Shown piece after piece: positions 1 to 8,509 of a stretch of 64,000 bases of DNA. This DNA comes from Eubacterium sp. (GTDB lineage Bacteria > Bacillota > Clostridia > Lachnospirales > Lachnospiraceae), in contig JAZQEX010000067.1 of assembly GCA_045539215.1 (NCBI GenBank), positions 7,232 through 71,231 of the forward strand, in the 5' to 3' direction. Under the pieces are notes generated by a model. The model was not told the DNA's origin and did no database searches. It saw only the letters and a program-made list of their open reading frames with translations. How positions within the stretch are numbered: position 1 is the stretch's first letter; the number at the start of each line of letters is the position of its first letter. The position numbers were made by a program, and so were the translations under genes.

Positions 1-54
1 AAGCTTTCCTTGTCCACTTGACATTCTGTCTGCGCATGGCTCATTGCTACACGC

Positions 55-94
55 AAAAAAATGCGCAAGTCCAGATGAATCTGGACTTACGCAT
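55..94 (-). terminator. Intrinsic terminator hairpin
   Basis: 15-bp arms 61-75 and 80-94 (one mismatch that is a G.U pair on the minus strand), followed by a U-tract (A55-61 on plus). Confidence 0.8.
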
Positions 95-114
95 TCGCTG
101 CTCGATCGTTGCTT

Positions 115-144
115 ATTCTACATGATTTTTTTCTATAAAGTCAA
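115..144 (-). promoter_or_regulatory. Putative sigma-A promoter
   Basis: TTGACT-18 nt-TAGAAT on the minus strand. Confidence 0.5.
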
Positions 145-176
145 GCTGTTTTGAAAAAACAACCTCTGCCCGGTTT

Positions 177-623
177 CTATTTTGACACGGTAAACACCCG
201 GAATGTCCCGGTCTTACCATCGATTCCGGCAATCTGCTGCCCCACCGGTTCATTCAGATCGATATACGCCATCTTCTGGTGTTTTTCAGCAGTTTCCTTT
301 ACAGAAGCATAGGAAACCTCACGGATCGACATATACTTATCATTTGCGATGCCGACTCTTGCCAGGTATTTTGCACAGGACACATCACTGGTAAAAACCA
401 AAAGGGCGCCACCATGCGTCAGGATTCCCTCAGTGGAATACTTTCTCTGCATCCGAAGCTGTGTCGGCTTTGCCGTATACAGTATCTTCCCTTCAAAGGC
501 ATTCTCCAGAAGATCCCAGTCCTTTTGATTCTTATGACTCTTTCCAAGCTTCGTCTGAAACGCCCGGATTTCCTCATCAGCCATAGGCATTTCATTATTT
601 TGTACTTCATATTTTTCAGACAT
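177..623 (-). CDS. Hypothetical protein, possibly SseB-like
   Basis: ORF just after amrS, start MSEKYE with AAGGA upstream; LLVFTS...YIDLN pattern weakly resembles the SseB N-terminal domain. Confidence 0.6.
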   Translation of the reverse strand: MSEKYEVQNNEMPMADEEIRAFQTKLGKSHKNQKDWDLLENAFEGKILYTAKPTQLRMQRKYSTEGILTHGGALLVFTSDVSCAKYLARVGIANDKYMSIREVSYASVKETAEKHQKMAYIDLNEPVGQQIAGIDGKTGTFRVFTVSK

Positions 624-643
624 AATCTTATCCTTACTGCCAA

Positions 644-1504
644 TCAGCAATTACCTGTATAAACATACTCCAGATATTCCCGAGCAACCTTTGCCAGATG
701 ATAAATATGTGGGACATCTGTTGCATCCCGGTCCGTCATATGAAACCTTGGGAAGAATCGCGAAATATGAAGCGGGATATCCGCTCCGACAACTTTCCCG
801 TCAACGCCCTGCAGTGACCGGATCCATTCACACATCTTGCGCATCTCGTCTTCTGAATCATTTTCTCCCGGGATGATCAATGTTGTCAACTCGACATGAC
901 AGCTCTGCACTGCCCGCCTGATAAATGCCAGGACCATCTCCAGATCCCCGCCAAGGACTTCCCTGTAATACCGATCGGTAAATCCCTTCAGATCAATGTT
1001 CATGGCATCGATATACGGAAGCAGTTCTTCGAGCACCGACAGCTCCACTGTACCGTTTGTCACCAGTGCATTTTTCATGCCTGCTTCATGAACCAGCTTT
1101 GCTGCATCCCGCACATATTCATATCCGATCAGAGGCTCGTTGTAGGTGAACGCCACACCGATGTTCCCCTTATTTTGATAATAAACGGCGGTCGCAGTCA
1201 GTTCTTCCGGCGAAATATATTCTGCCGTCTCCGAAAAACGCTCTGCCTGATCTGACCAGGAGATCTCATGGTTCTGACAAAACGGGCAACGCAAATTACA
1301 GCCATAGCTTCCCACAGATAAGATCTTGCTTCCGGGATAAAACCGGTTCAACGGTTTCTTTTCGATCGGATCAAGCGCCAACGACGTCACTCTTCCGTAG
1401 TTTCTCGCCTGTACCGCTCCGTCTTTACAGATGCGTCCCCTGCAAAACCCGATCTGGCCTTCTTCCAGTCTGCAATGTCTGAAACAAACGCTACATTCTG
1501 CCAT
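644..1504 (-). CDS. amrS: AmmeMemoRadiSam system radical SAM enzyme
   Basis: N-terminal CxxC..C..GFC, DPIEKKPL, radical SAM CNLRCPFC, FTYNEP, C-terminal YVYTGN. Confidence 0.93.
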   Translation of the reverse strand: MAECSVCFRHCRLEEGQIGFCRGRICKDGAVQARNYGRVTSLALDPIEKKPLNRFYPGSKILSVGSYGCNLRCPFCQNHEISWSDQAERFSETAEYISPEELTATAVYYQNKGNIGVAFTYNEPLIGYEYVRDAAKLVHEAGMKNALVTNGTVELSVLEELLPYIDAMNIDLKGFTDRYYREVLGGDLEMVLAFIRRAVQSCHVELTTLIIPGENDSEDEMRKMCEWIRSLQGVDGKVVGADIPLHISRFFPRFHMTDRDATDVPHIYHLAKVAREYLEYVYTGNC

Positions 1505-1516
1505 GGTTTTCTCCTG

Positions 1517-2134
1517 TTACCGGATGAAATGTGTCGGCTGCCATGCTTCCTTTTCCGGCAGGCCGTAAGCTTCTTTTCCAAGTGCAATGCTCTTAATCAG
1601 GAAAGACATGTTTCTGGCCACACCGCGCACTGTCTGCAGTCCTTCCAGATCCTGCTCGGCTTCTCCTTTTTCCCTGCCGTGTACACAGTTCCAGTACTGC
1701 CCCGATGCAATAGGCATATTTGATATGGTGAAATACTTGTTCAGCTCATCAAAAGTGGCGGAGCATCCGCCTCGTCTGGCGACGGCGATTGCTGCACCGA
1801 CCTTCATGGTCTTATCAAAGGATGTACTGTAAAACAGTCTGTCCAGGCATGCGATCAGTGTTGCATTTGCAGAAGCATAGTATACCGGTGTTGCGACTAC
1901 CAGGCCGTCTGCCTCTTCCAATACCGGCGCAAGCTCATTGACTACATCATCAAATACACATTTTCCTGTCTGGCTGCAGCTTCCGCAGGCGATGCATCCG
2001 CGGATATCCTTCTGTCCGATCTGATGTACGACCGGTTCGATTCCTTCCTGCTCGAAAACCTTCACCATTTCGTTAACCGCTATCGTGGTATTCCCATTTA
2101 CCCTCGGGCTGCCATTGATGATCAATACTTTCAT
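1517..2134 (-). CDS. Iron-sulfur flavoprotein / NADPH-dependent FMN reductase family
   Basis: INGSPRxxGNT, CIACGSC...C cluster, TPVYY, ARRGG. Confidence 0.9.
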   Translation of the reverse strand: MKVLIINGSPRVNGNTTIAVNEMVKVFEQEGIEPVVHQIGQKDIRGCIACGSCSQTGKCVFDDVVNELAPVLEEADGLVVATPVYYASANATLIACLDRLFYSTSFDKTMKVGAAIAVARRGGCSATFDELNKYFTISNMPIASGQYWNCVHGREKGEAEQDLEGLQTVRGVARNMSFLIKSIALGKEAYGLPEKEAWQPTHFIR

Positions 2135-2176
2135 TTCATGTCCTCAACTCTTTTTCGTCTTTATTCTATCCTCTGT

Positions 2177-3562
2177 TTATGTATGGCGGATCACTTCAAA
2201 CCGCTGCAGCTTCACCTTTGTCCCCGGTGCGATCCCTGCCTTCTGCATTGCGATCGCGATCTGATCCTCGACCGTGTCCACACCTTCGAGATCGGGCAGG
2301 AGCAACCCTCTCTTATAACCCTTGCTGACGATCACGCCATAGCGCTTCACATCGAGCTGATCCGGTGAATCGATATCCTCCGGTTCTCCCAGCACATCAA
2401 CGTTGATCTCCAGCCATTTCAATTCGTCTTCCGTAATCGGATCAAATCTTGGATCTTTCGTAGATGCACTGACTGCATTCTGAATGATCTCTTCTGCCAC
2501 ACTATCGGTTGTCGGCAGAATGGTTCCGATGCAGCCACGCAGTTTCCCCTGCTTATGAATGGAGACAAATGCGCCTGCCTGATTTTTGGTCATTTCTGCC
2601 GGAAGATCATTCGGTATGTCGATGGTTTTACCGGTCCTGATATAGCTTTCTAAAGATGCTCTGGCAAGTCTCACATAGGCATCCGACTGCGCTCTCTGCT
2701 CGGTCAGTTCCTTTTCCTGTGCATCCAGATACTGTGTAAGAAAATGTCTGCTGTCATCTTTCCCCTGCGGATAGAATGTGCAGATCCCGTAACCAACGCC
2801 TGTCACATCCTCATGCGAAAGCTGCGTCGCCCTGACAGACTTCCCGTCAAAAGTACCTGCCATGATCGTAAAGGACCGGTGTCCGCATTCCGCTGCCTTA
2901 TCGCAGAAACTCTCCGAAAAATCAAACAGCTCATCAAAAGCTGCTCTGCTGCAGACATCCATAATCCGTGCATCATACTGCGGCCCTTCCTCGGCAAATC
3001 CATAAGGCCCATAGTCCTGCAACTTATGTGACAGATCCCCGCTTGCGATGAAGACCGCCTTTCGCCCGATCTCATCTGTTGCCTGTCGGATCAGCTCTCC
3101 CAGTTTGTAATGATCTGTCAGGGGCAGACCGGAGAGCCCGATCCGCACGATCTTAAAATCTGTATATTTCTGACGGATAAACCAGAGCGGAACCATCGTT
3201 CCGTGATCCAGTGCAGGTTCTCTCTCTCCAAGCGTTCCTGCCGAAAGATCTGCTGCATCTGCAAGACACTCGATCTGCGCCACCAGTTCCTCATCATAGG
3301 TCTCATGAAAGCGAACAGTGCCGGCACGAAACGCCGCAAAGGAACCATCCGCCGTGCTTCCCGGCGAAATATGAAAATAGTCCATATACATCGTCGTATG
3401 CGGACTGGTGATGATGATTGTCTCCGGTTTTAACGCCGCGATTTCATCCGCCACCTGTTCATAGGCGCGCGTGGTCTTTTCAATCTGTGCTTCGCTCCCC
3501 CTGCCGATTTCAGGAACGATCATCGGCGGATGCGGAACCATAAATGCTGCAAGGATCGACAT
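2177..3562 (-). CDS. amrA: AmmeMemoRadiSam protein B/A fusion (LigB/Memo + AMMECR1 domains)
   Basis: VPHPP, SPH, DHG, SGDLSH, ECG then GAFVS..LRGCIGT, DPRF, GLLLPDL; GGGAGG before ATG 3562. Confidence 0.92.
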   Translation of the reverse strand: MSILAAFMVPHPPMIVPEIGRGSEAQIEKTTRAYEQVADEIAALKPETIIITSPHTTMYMDYFHISPGSTADGSFAAFRAGTVRFHETYDEELVAQIECLADAADLSAGTLGEREPALDHGTMVPLWFIRQKYTDFKIVRIGLSGLPLTDHYKLGELIRQATDEIGRKAVFIASGDLSHKLQDYGPYGFAEEGPQYDARIMDVCSRAAFDELFDFSESFCDKAAECGHRSFTIMAGTFDGKSVRATQLSHEDVTGVGYGICTFYPQGKDDSRHFLTQYLDAQEKELTEQRAQSDAYVRLARASLESYIRTGKTIDIPNDLPAEMTKNQAGAFVSIHKQGKLRGCIGTILPTTDSVAEEIIQNAVSASTKDPRFDPITEDELKWLEINVDVLGEPEDIDSPDQLDVKRYGVIVSKGYKRGLLLPDLEGVDTVEDQIAIAMQKAGIAPGTKVKLQRFEVIRHT

Positions 3563-3600
3563 CTTATCCCTCCCGTCTTCGCACAACATTTTAATCTCTG

Positions 3601-4191
3601 TCATTTCAGTCTGCGCTGTTTTCCAACCGTAGGCAGCAGGATCAGGGCTACGATAAAGCCTCCGATCAAACCGCCGATATGAGCCGTCATATTAATCGAC
3701 TGCATCTCAAATCCGGGTACCAGTGATATCACGATCGCAATCAGTACGCGCGGAACTGACAACCCTGTAAATTTCTTTGACAATGCCATGACCAGATATG
3801 CCCCGAACAGCGCGAAGATCGCGCCGGAAGCACCTGCAGACAGTGCCGTTCGATTAAGCCAGACATCCATGTACATGCTCAATATATTTCCGACGATGCC
3901 TCCGATCAGATAGATCAGAAGGAAACGGATCTTTCCGAACAGCTTCTCCACAGCCGGTCCCAAAACGCCAAGCGAAACCATATTCGCCAGCAGATGGAAT
4001 GCGCCGAAATGTAAGAACATCGCTGTAAACAGACGATAGTACTCTCCCGAAAAAACAAGCGGTGCATACGCTACACCAAACTGTAATGCAACCTCTGTAT
4101 TCTCGCTTCCTCCCGCAATGGTCTCCACTGCAAATACTGCGATATTAATCACGATCAGTGCGATCGTTAATACTGCTTTCTTTTCTCTCAT
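3601..4191 (-). CDS. Rhomboid intramembrane serine protease
   Basis: [25 protein letters not shown] motifs. Confidence 0.92.
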   Translation of the reverse strand: MREKKAVLTIALIVINIAVFAVETIAGGSENTEVALQFGVAYAPLVFSGEYYRLFTAMFLHFGAFHLLANMVSLGVLGPAVEKLFGKIRFLLIYLIGGIVGNILSMYMDVWLNRTALSAGASGAIFALFGAYLVMALSKKFTGLSVPRVLIAIVISLVPGFEMQSINMTAHIGGLIGGFIVALILLPTVGKQRRLK

Positions 4192-4267
4192 TTTAACTCC
4201 TGTATACGATTAGAATCTTATTGCACTTATCATATCGTATTTTCTGCCAGAAATCAAGCACTGCCGT

Positions 4268-4371
4268 TTCCATAAGCGGAAGTTGTTCGTCGTTTATTTC
4301 CATTTATGGCATTGACACGGCATTATCATGGCATTATAATGGATGTGTAAAATAGATTTCCGTAAAGCAAT
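4268..4371 (+). promoter_or_regulatory. Consensus sigma-A promoter with putative operators
   Basis: TTGACA(4312-4317)-17-TATAAT(4335-4340); TTCC-N6-GGAA-like boxes at 4268, 4298 and 4358. Confidence 0.75.
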
Positions 4372-4386
4372 ATCGGAGGATATATC

Positions 4387-5223
4387 ATGAGAATTGAAAG
4401 ACTTAAACAGCGTACAAAGGAACTGGGACTCTCATACAAAAAGCTGTCTGAGCTCTCCAACATTCCCTTATCTACGATTCAGAAAATCATGAGTGGCGCA
4501 ACCGCTTCTCCGAGGTATGAAACGATCCGGGCGCTCGAAGAAGCCCTTCAGTCCCTGACGCCTATGCCAGACCCGGAGTACGGCTCACGTGATATGATTG
4601 TTTCTGAACCACCCGCTGCATATGGAGAGAAAAAGGAATCCTCCACGGATAAGAAACCGGGAGAATATACCTTAGAGGATTATCTTGCTTTACCAGAAGA
4701 GCGTCGTGTCGAGCTGATTGACGGCGTCTTTTATGATATGGCTGCCCCGACCGGCTACCATCAGTTTTTAGTCGGTGAGATCCATCATACCCTGCTCTCT
4801 CAGGCAAAGAGCCTTAACACAGACTGCAGACCGTTCATTTCCCCGCTCGATGTCCAGCTTGACTGTGATGACAGGACGGTTGTCCAGCCGGATGTGTTTG
4901 GCACCTGTGATTCATCCCGTTTTAAGGACGGCAGATACTATGGGGCGCCGGATCTGATCATAGAGGTTCTCTCTCCTTCTACCAGAAAAAAGGATATCGT
5001 GGTCAAAGGTGCGAAATATGCCAATGCAGGCGTAAAGGAATATTGGATCATCGATCTGAAAGAAAAGCGGATCATGGTCAGTGTGTTTGATGAAGATATC
5101 ATTCATCGCATTTACGGAATCTCAGATACGATTCCTGTACATATCAGTGATGGGCGGTTCCAGGTAGACTTTGGCGAGATTTACCATGACCTGACCAGTT
5201 ATTTTCCGGAGTTGAAGGACTGA
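4387..5223 (+). CDS. XRE-family HTH fused to Uma2 (DUF820) PD-(D/E)xK nuclease
   Basis: N-terminal HTH (LSELSNIPLSTIQKI), ELIDG, VQPD, PDLIIEVLSPST, GVKEYWIID. Confidence 0.9.
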   Translation: MRIERLKQRTKELGLSYKKLSELSNIPLSTIQKIMSGATASPRYETIRALEEALQSLTPMPDPEYGSRDMIVSEPPAAYGEKKESSTDKKPGEYTLEDYLALPEERRVELIDGVFYDMAAPTGYHQFLVGEIHHTLLSQAKSLNTDCRPFISPLDVQLDCDDRTVVQPDVFGTCDSSRFKDGRYYGAPDLIIEVLSPSTRKKDIVVKGAKYANAGVKEYWIIDLKEKRIMVSVFDEDIIHRIYGISDTIPVHISDGRFQVDFGEIYHDLTSYFPELKD

Positions 5224-5265
5224 TGGTTTTTCGAAACGGAATCACCTACCAATCATTCTCACAAC

Positions 5266-5304
5266 AAAAAAAGCCTGTGATTTCTGATTAAAACCACAGG
5301 CTTT
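5266..5304. terminator. Bidirectional terminator
   Basis: AAAGCCTGTG/CACAGGCTTT inverted repeat between convergent genes. Confidence 0.75.
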
Positions 5305-5307
5305 CTA

Positions 5308-6066
5308 TTACAGATCTTCTTTATACCAGTCTTCCACGAACCGGATCGCGTCCGGATTCTGTTCTACTGCTGCCCTGCAAACAGGAAGTGTCTGTTCCTG
5401 TACATAGGCCAATAAGTCTCCGCGCTGCTTCACAGCTTCGAGACTAACCTTTTCCGTTTGCTCCGGCAGATATTCAAACACGCCCCAGTCCGCACGGACT
5501 GCCAGCAGACATGCCTCCTCTGACGGACATTTCATATCCAGGATTGAAAACGGATCATTTGCGATCTTTTCAATCTGCTCCAGGCGTTCGCTCTTATTCT
5601 TAACATACGCGATTGCTTTTGGATTCTGTACGACTGCAAGCTCACAGATTTCTTCTGTCTGATCCTGAATATATTTCAGCACATTTCCGTCTCTTTTCAC
5701 TGCTTCCCTACAGAGATTAACAGACGGATGGGGCACGAACTTAATCGCTTCTGCCCGCTGGCAGATCGCCTCCATGCAGATCGCCTCTGTTGGATCCGGA
5801 ATGTGCTGCAGGGCCATTCCGGTCTGCCGGATCGCAACCTGGCAAAGATGCGGTGTCTTATCTTTTACCGATGCCAGTGTGAGTCCCATTTTCCCGACCG
5901 CAATCTCACAGATCTCTTCCGTCTGCTCCTTCACATATTGCAGAGCCCAGGGGCTGCGCGCCACGGCCGCTTTGCAGATCTCTTCCGTCTGCTCTGGCAC
6001 ATGCTGCAATTCCATGCCGTTCTTGCTGACCTTATCGAGCCAGTATACCAACTCATCTTTTCCCAT
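5308..6066 (-). CDS. DUF4116-like helical repeat protein
   Basis: About ten ~22-aa repeats of QTEEICxxAVxxxGxALxYV. Confidence 0.85.
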   Translation of the reverse strand: MGKDELVYWLDKVSKNGMELQHVPEQTEEICKAAVARSPWALQYVKEQTEEICEIAVGKMGLTLASVKDKTPHLCQVAIRQTGMALQHIPDPTEAICMEAICQRAEAIKFVPHPSVNLCREAVKRDGNVLKYIQDQTEEICELAVVQNPKAIAYVKNKSERLEQIEKIANDPFSILDMKCPSEEACLLAVRADWGVFEYLPEQTEKVSLEAVKQRGDLLAYVQEQTLPVCRAAVEQNPDAIRFVEDWYKEDL

Positions 6067-6078
6067 TGTTTTACCTCT

Positions 6079-8499
6079 CTACAGCCTTGCCACGATCTCT
6101 TTTTCAATCATCTTCGCGATGCGTCTGGGAAACTGATCGTGATCCGTGATGTCTACAAATGCCTCTCCGTAGATGCTGTGAATCTGTGGCTTATCATCCC
6201 CGATCGCAAACGCGATAGTCTTAACTTCTTCTGTACGAAGCCGACGCACGATCTGACGGATGTCCTGTCTGGCCGGTTCTCCAGTATAGCCGCTTGCATT
6301 CGGCTGACCATCGGATATGATCAGAAAAAGCTTATCCTTTTCATCCCGTTCCAGCAAAAACCGGCTGACCACATCGATTGCCAGACCGTCTCTGTTATCT
6401 CCCGCCGGCTGCATCCGATTGACCGAATACTTTGCGGAACGATGGTCTTCAAACAGTTTATAAAAACAGATCTGCGGAACATCCTGACAATTATGCCCTG
6501 CGATCATAAACGGAATCTCCAGACGCTCCAGCACTTCATTCAGCAAGACGGTTGCTTCCTTTGCACTCTCCAACCGCTTGCCCCGCATCGATCCGCTGTT
6601 GTCAACCAGGATTGCGATTGCCATATCCAGCTGCTTTTCCGGATTCTTCTTTTTCATAAAATAGCGTTGGTCAAGTTTGTACAGATTCCTGGTATCGATC
6701 TGGCGCCCCATGATCCTGCGTCTTTGCTTTGCGATTGCTTCATCCTGCATGATCTTTCTGATCTCGCGCTCTGTTTTCCGGATGAACGGCATATATTCCC
6801 TTGCAACCTCTTCATAGGCGATGCGGTCCTCTTCCATGGGCTTCGCCTTAACGAGATTCGGCAGGATTCCCTTATGCGAGGTAAAGGCATTGCCGTTATT
6901 GATCATGATCAGAGACCCATTTACCGCTTCCTGTGCCACCTGTTCTTCGGCAAGATCTTCGATCATGGATTCCTTGATCTTGCGGATTCCCGGCTCGATG
7001 ATATCGATCGGATCGGAACCTCCCGAGATATCAGCTTCCGCTTCTGTCTGCATGCCGCCGGCACCGGTGTGTCCTGACGGCGATCCTTCCGGAATATAGG
7101 CCGGCTGCTCGGAAATGCTAAAACCCCCGGCTTCATCCATTCCCTGTTTGATCTCAGCCATCATCTCTTCCTGCACAGCATCTTCTAATGTCTCATCACT
7201 GGCCGAACCCGATTTGCTGCCGTCCTCGTCGTAATCATCGGTATCATGCGCCTGAGAGCCGCTTCCCTCCTGCGCCTGTGCATCTTCATCTTCCCGTTTT
7301 TCAAGCTCCTGGCCGTCATCATCACCATCGCCCTCAAACACAGCATTCTCCTCATCGTATTCGTAGGAAAATTCCGTGTCGGATTCCTGTGAGACCAGTC
7401 CGGATTCGGATCCGTGTTCCGGCGGTTCAAGGTGCATCAGAGGCCACATTTTTAATACGATCTTATTGATCGCCATATATTTTTCTTCAACGGAATCCGC
7501 TGCCACTGCCGCATCCAGATCCGGCTTGATCCGCTTCATAAACTGCAGTCGGGAACGGCTGGCCTTGGTCTCTTCATCCAGAACAAAAATGTTCCCGTAA
7601 CGGATGTACTGATATACCATCGCCAGAACGGTTGCAAACGGACCGCAGGATTCATCCGCTTCCATCTCATCGATGGAACGGACCGTCGCATACTGCGCTT
7701 CTCTGAGCGTTTGAATTCCCTTCTTTAACAGCACGCCGCCAACTTGAGAGATCCGTTCTTCGTCATGATAATCACTGATCACACTTGCCAGGTCATGATA
7801 GATTTTTCCAAACAATGGACGGAATAGCTCAAACCGTACCGCACGGATAAAAAACTTCGAAACCAGATTCTCTTCAAGGAAACGTTCTTCAAATGGCAGC
7901 CTTCCCGAAAGGACCTCCTGAATGCAGGCGTTTTCCTCTTTCAGCTTCATGAACATCAAATGACCGGTCTCGTGAAACAACAGTCCCAGCATGCAAAACA
8001 TCCGGTTTTCCAACGTCTCATAGGATGTGATCAGCGGGTGCGCCGCATTGATGAGGATCTCTTTCCCATTCAGTCTTGAAAGCCGGACACGGTCCCCGCC
8101 ATCATCCAGAATCTCTTCGGTAGCATCTGCATGGACCTCGACCGGCCTTCGGAGCGCAGACGGGATTCTTTCATCATCCGCATTTCCATTACATCCACCA
8201 CAGGAACCGCAGCCACTTCCCTGCTGCTGCCTCTGTGTGCCGATCGCCATCCACTCGTTTTCCTTTTTTTCTTCAATCCGCGCCACACCCGCGCCCTGTA
8301 GGCTCGCTGCAGGTCTTGCGATCGGATTGGAAACGATCTTTACGATCATCGGGATATCCAGATCACTGGTCAGCGATGTCAGAAATCCCTGCAGATATTG
8401 TCTGAAATATGAGGATTGGGCAATTGCAGAAAAAGGGATCTCCTCCTGCATGAGCTCTTCCTGTTTTTCTTTGACTTTTTCTGAAAAAATACTGCTCAT
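6079..8499 (-). CDS. CobT/NorD-like vWA protein with N-terminal HExxH domain
   Basis: HETGH, long acidic linker, C-terminal vWA MIDAS DNSGS...NRDG...ISDG. Confidence 0.88.
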   Translation of the reverse strand: MSSIFSEKVKEKQEELMQEEIPFSAIAQSSYFRQYLQGFLTSLTSDLDIPMIVKIVSNPIARPAASLQGAGVARIEEKKENEWMAIGTQRQQQGSGCGSCGGCNGNADDERIPSALRRPVEVHADATEEILDDGGDRVRLSRLNGKEILINAAHPLITSYETLENRMFCMLGLLFHETGHLMFMKLKEENACIQEVLSGRLPFEERFLEENLVSKFFIRAVRFELFRPLFGKIYHDLASVISDYHDEERISQVGGVLLKKGIQTLREAQYATVRSIDEMEADESCGPFATVLAMVYQYIRYGNIFVLDEETKASRSRLQFMKRIKPDLDAAVAADSVEEKYMAINKIVLKMWPLMHLEPPEHGSESGLVSQESDTEFSYEYDEENAVFEGDGDDDGQELEKREDEDAQAQEGSGSQAHDTDDYDEDGSKSGSASDETLEDAVQEEMMAEIKQGMDEAGGFSISEQPAYIPEGSPSGHTGAGGMQTEAEADISGGSDPIDIIEPGIRKIKESMIEDLAEEQVAQEAVNGSLIMINNGNAFTSHKGILPNLVKAKPMEEDRIAYEEVAREYMPFIRKTEREIRKIMQDEAIAKQRRRIMGRQIDTRNLYKLDQRYFMKKKNPEKQLDMAIAILVDNSGSMRGKRLESAKEATVLLNEVLERLEIPFMIAGHNCQDVPQICFYKLFEDHRSAKYSVNRMQPAGDNRDGLAIDVVSRFLLERDEKDKLFLIISDGQPNASGYTGEPARQDIRQIVRRLRTEEVKTIAFAIGDDKPQIHSIYGEAFVDITDHDQFPRRIAKMIEKEIVARL

Positions 8500-8509
8500 A
8501 AACAGTTAC

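Noticed and set aside
15-115. ANTAR-type RNA motif (AGCAA..G) in the left-edge leader
   Set aside because: The two AGCAA sites do not form the paired hexaloop hairpins with the required spacing.
5308-6066. DUF4116-like repeats as a diversity-generating retroelement target
   Set aside because: The repeats are degenerate protein repeats; no adenine-specific TR/VR pair and no reverse transcriptase were seen.
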